Below are positions 63,737 through 64,000 of a DNA stretch of 64,000 nt, piece after piece. Each line of letters starts with the position of its first letter. Position 1 is the first letter of the stretch. This stretch comes from Dehalococcoidia bacterium. Lineage in GTDB: Bacteria > Chloroflexota > Dehalococcoidia > Lucifugimonadales > UBA3495. The stretch covers positions 3,787,547-3,851,546 of the forward strand of contig OY762444.1 of the NCBI GenBank assembly GCA_963665735.1, read 5' to 3'. A model generated the notes under the pieces. The model did no database searches. It saw only the letters and a program-made list of their open reading frames with translations, and was not told the DNA's origin. The translations under genes were made by a program, and so were the position numbers.

Positions 63737-64000
63737 ATGATGTCAACGGCGGTGAAAGTTCTCAGCGACGGAGTGTTGAAGTTAGACGGCGGGTCGGTGT
63801 TTGGGCAAGTGCCCAAAGTTTCCTGGGAAAACAGCGTCAACACCGACCGGAAAAATCGGATAACTCTGGGTCTCAACTGCCTGCTGTTGCAGGTGGGCGG
63901 CAAAAACGTGCTGGTGGATACCGGAGTGGGTTCCAAAGACAATGACCGGGACAAGGAAACCCTGGGGCTGGTGCCCAGCCGCCTGCTGAAGGGCCTGAAG
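63737..64000 (+). CDS. MBL-fold metallo-hydrolase, N-terminal part (runs off the window)
   Basis: Own translation after a GAGGAGG RBS: MMSTAVKVLSDGVLKLDGGSVFGQVPKVSWE...NCLLLQVGGKNVLVDTGVG, typical of the N-terminus of one MBL-fold family. Confidence 0.65.
   Translation, partial: MMSTAVKVLSDGVLKLDGGSVFGQVPKVSWENSVNTDRKNRITLGLNCLLLQVGGKNVLVDTGVGSKDNDRDKETLGLVPSRLLKGLK

Overview
High-GC (over 60% by eye) bacterial chromosomal window with about 61 protein genes on both strands. I found no rRNA, tRNA or CRISPR array. The taxon cannot be established from the sequence alone. Gene content and repeat style remind me of Chloroflexota-type genomes, but this is unverified.

Most genes are housekeeping or metabolic:
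- A partial family-5 ABC substrate-binding protein, plus a complete opp/dpp-like importer operon (4549-10318).
- modABC.
- A hyuA/hyuB hydantoinase pair split by inserted genes.
- A macro-domain protein and AlaX.
- dnaN without dnaA.
- Two SDRs and several alpha/beta hydrolases.
- comM/yifB, an imuB-dnaE2 mutasome, korAB and queG.
- Two dUTPase-fold genes (a dut-like gene and dcd).
- An orphan groEL, folKP, an acyl-CoA carboxyltransferase, an LLM oxidoreductase, rarA, ltaE, lspA-rluD, glnS and gltX.
- A partial MBL-fold hydrolase at the right edge.

The most unusual signal is non-coding. Almost every intergenic spacer is filled with short hairpin repeats of three families:
- A: GGATTCCGGCTTTCGCCGGAATGACGG
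- B: CCCTCCCCC-loop-GGGGGAGGG
- C: GGGCAACCacaagGGTTGCCC

These repeats show compensatory stem changes, loop insertions, tandem amplification and a recurring module order. About 45 copies share one orientation regardless of gene strand, with a single inverted copy at the left end.

Other points worth follow-up:
- An imuB / small Trp-rich ORF / dnaE2 cassette without imuA, with an SOS-like box in its promoter.
- A GxxExxY nuclease cassette bounded by 15-bp inverted repeats that interrupts hyuA-hyuB.
- A PaREP1/HEPN-like gene plus a small acidic ORF after dnaN.
- A DUF3090/SCO1664-type pair.
- An AT-rich promoter island followed by a roughly 380-nt GC-rich leader closed by a 12-bp long-range helix.
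- A lower-GC two-gene island containing dcd.

All product calls rest on my reading of the translations. No database search was run.
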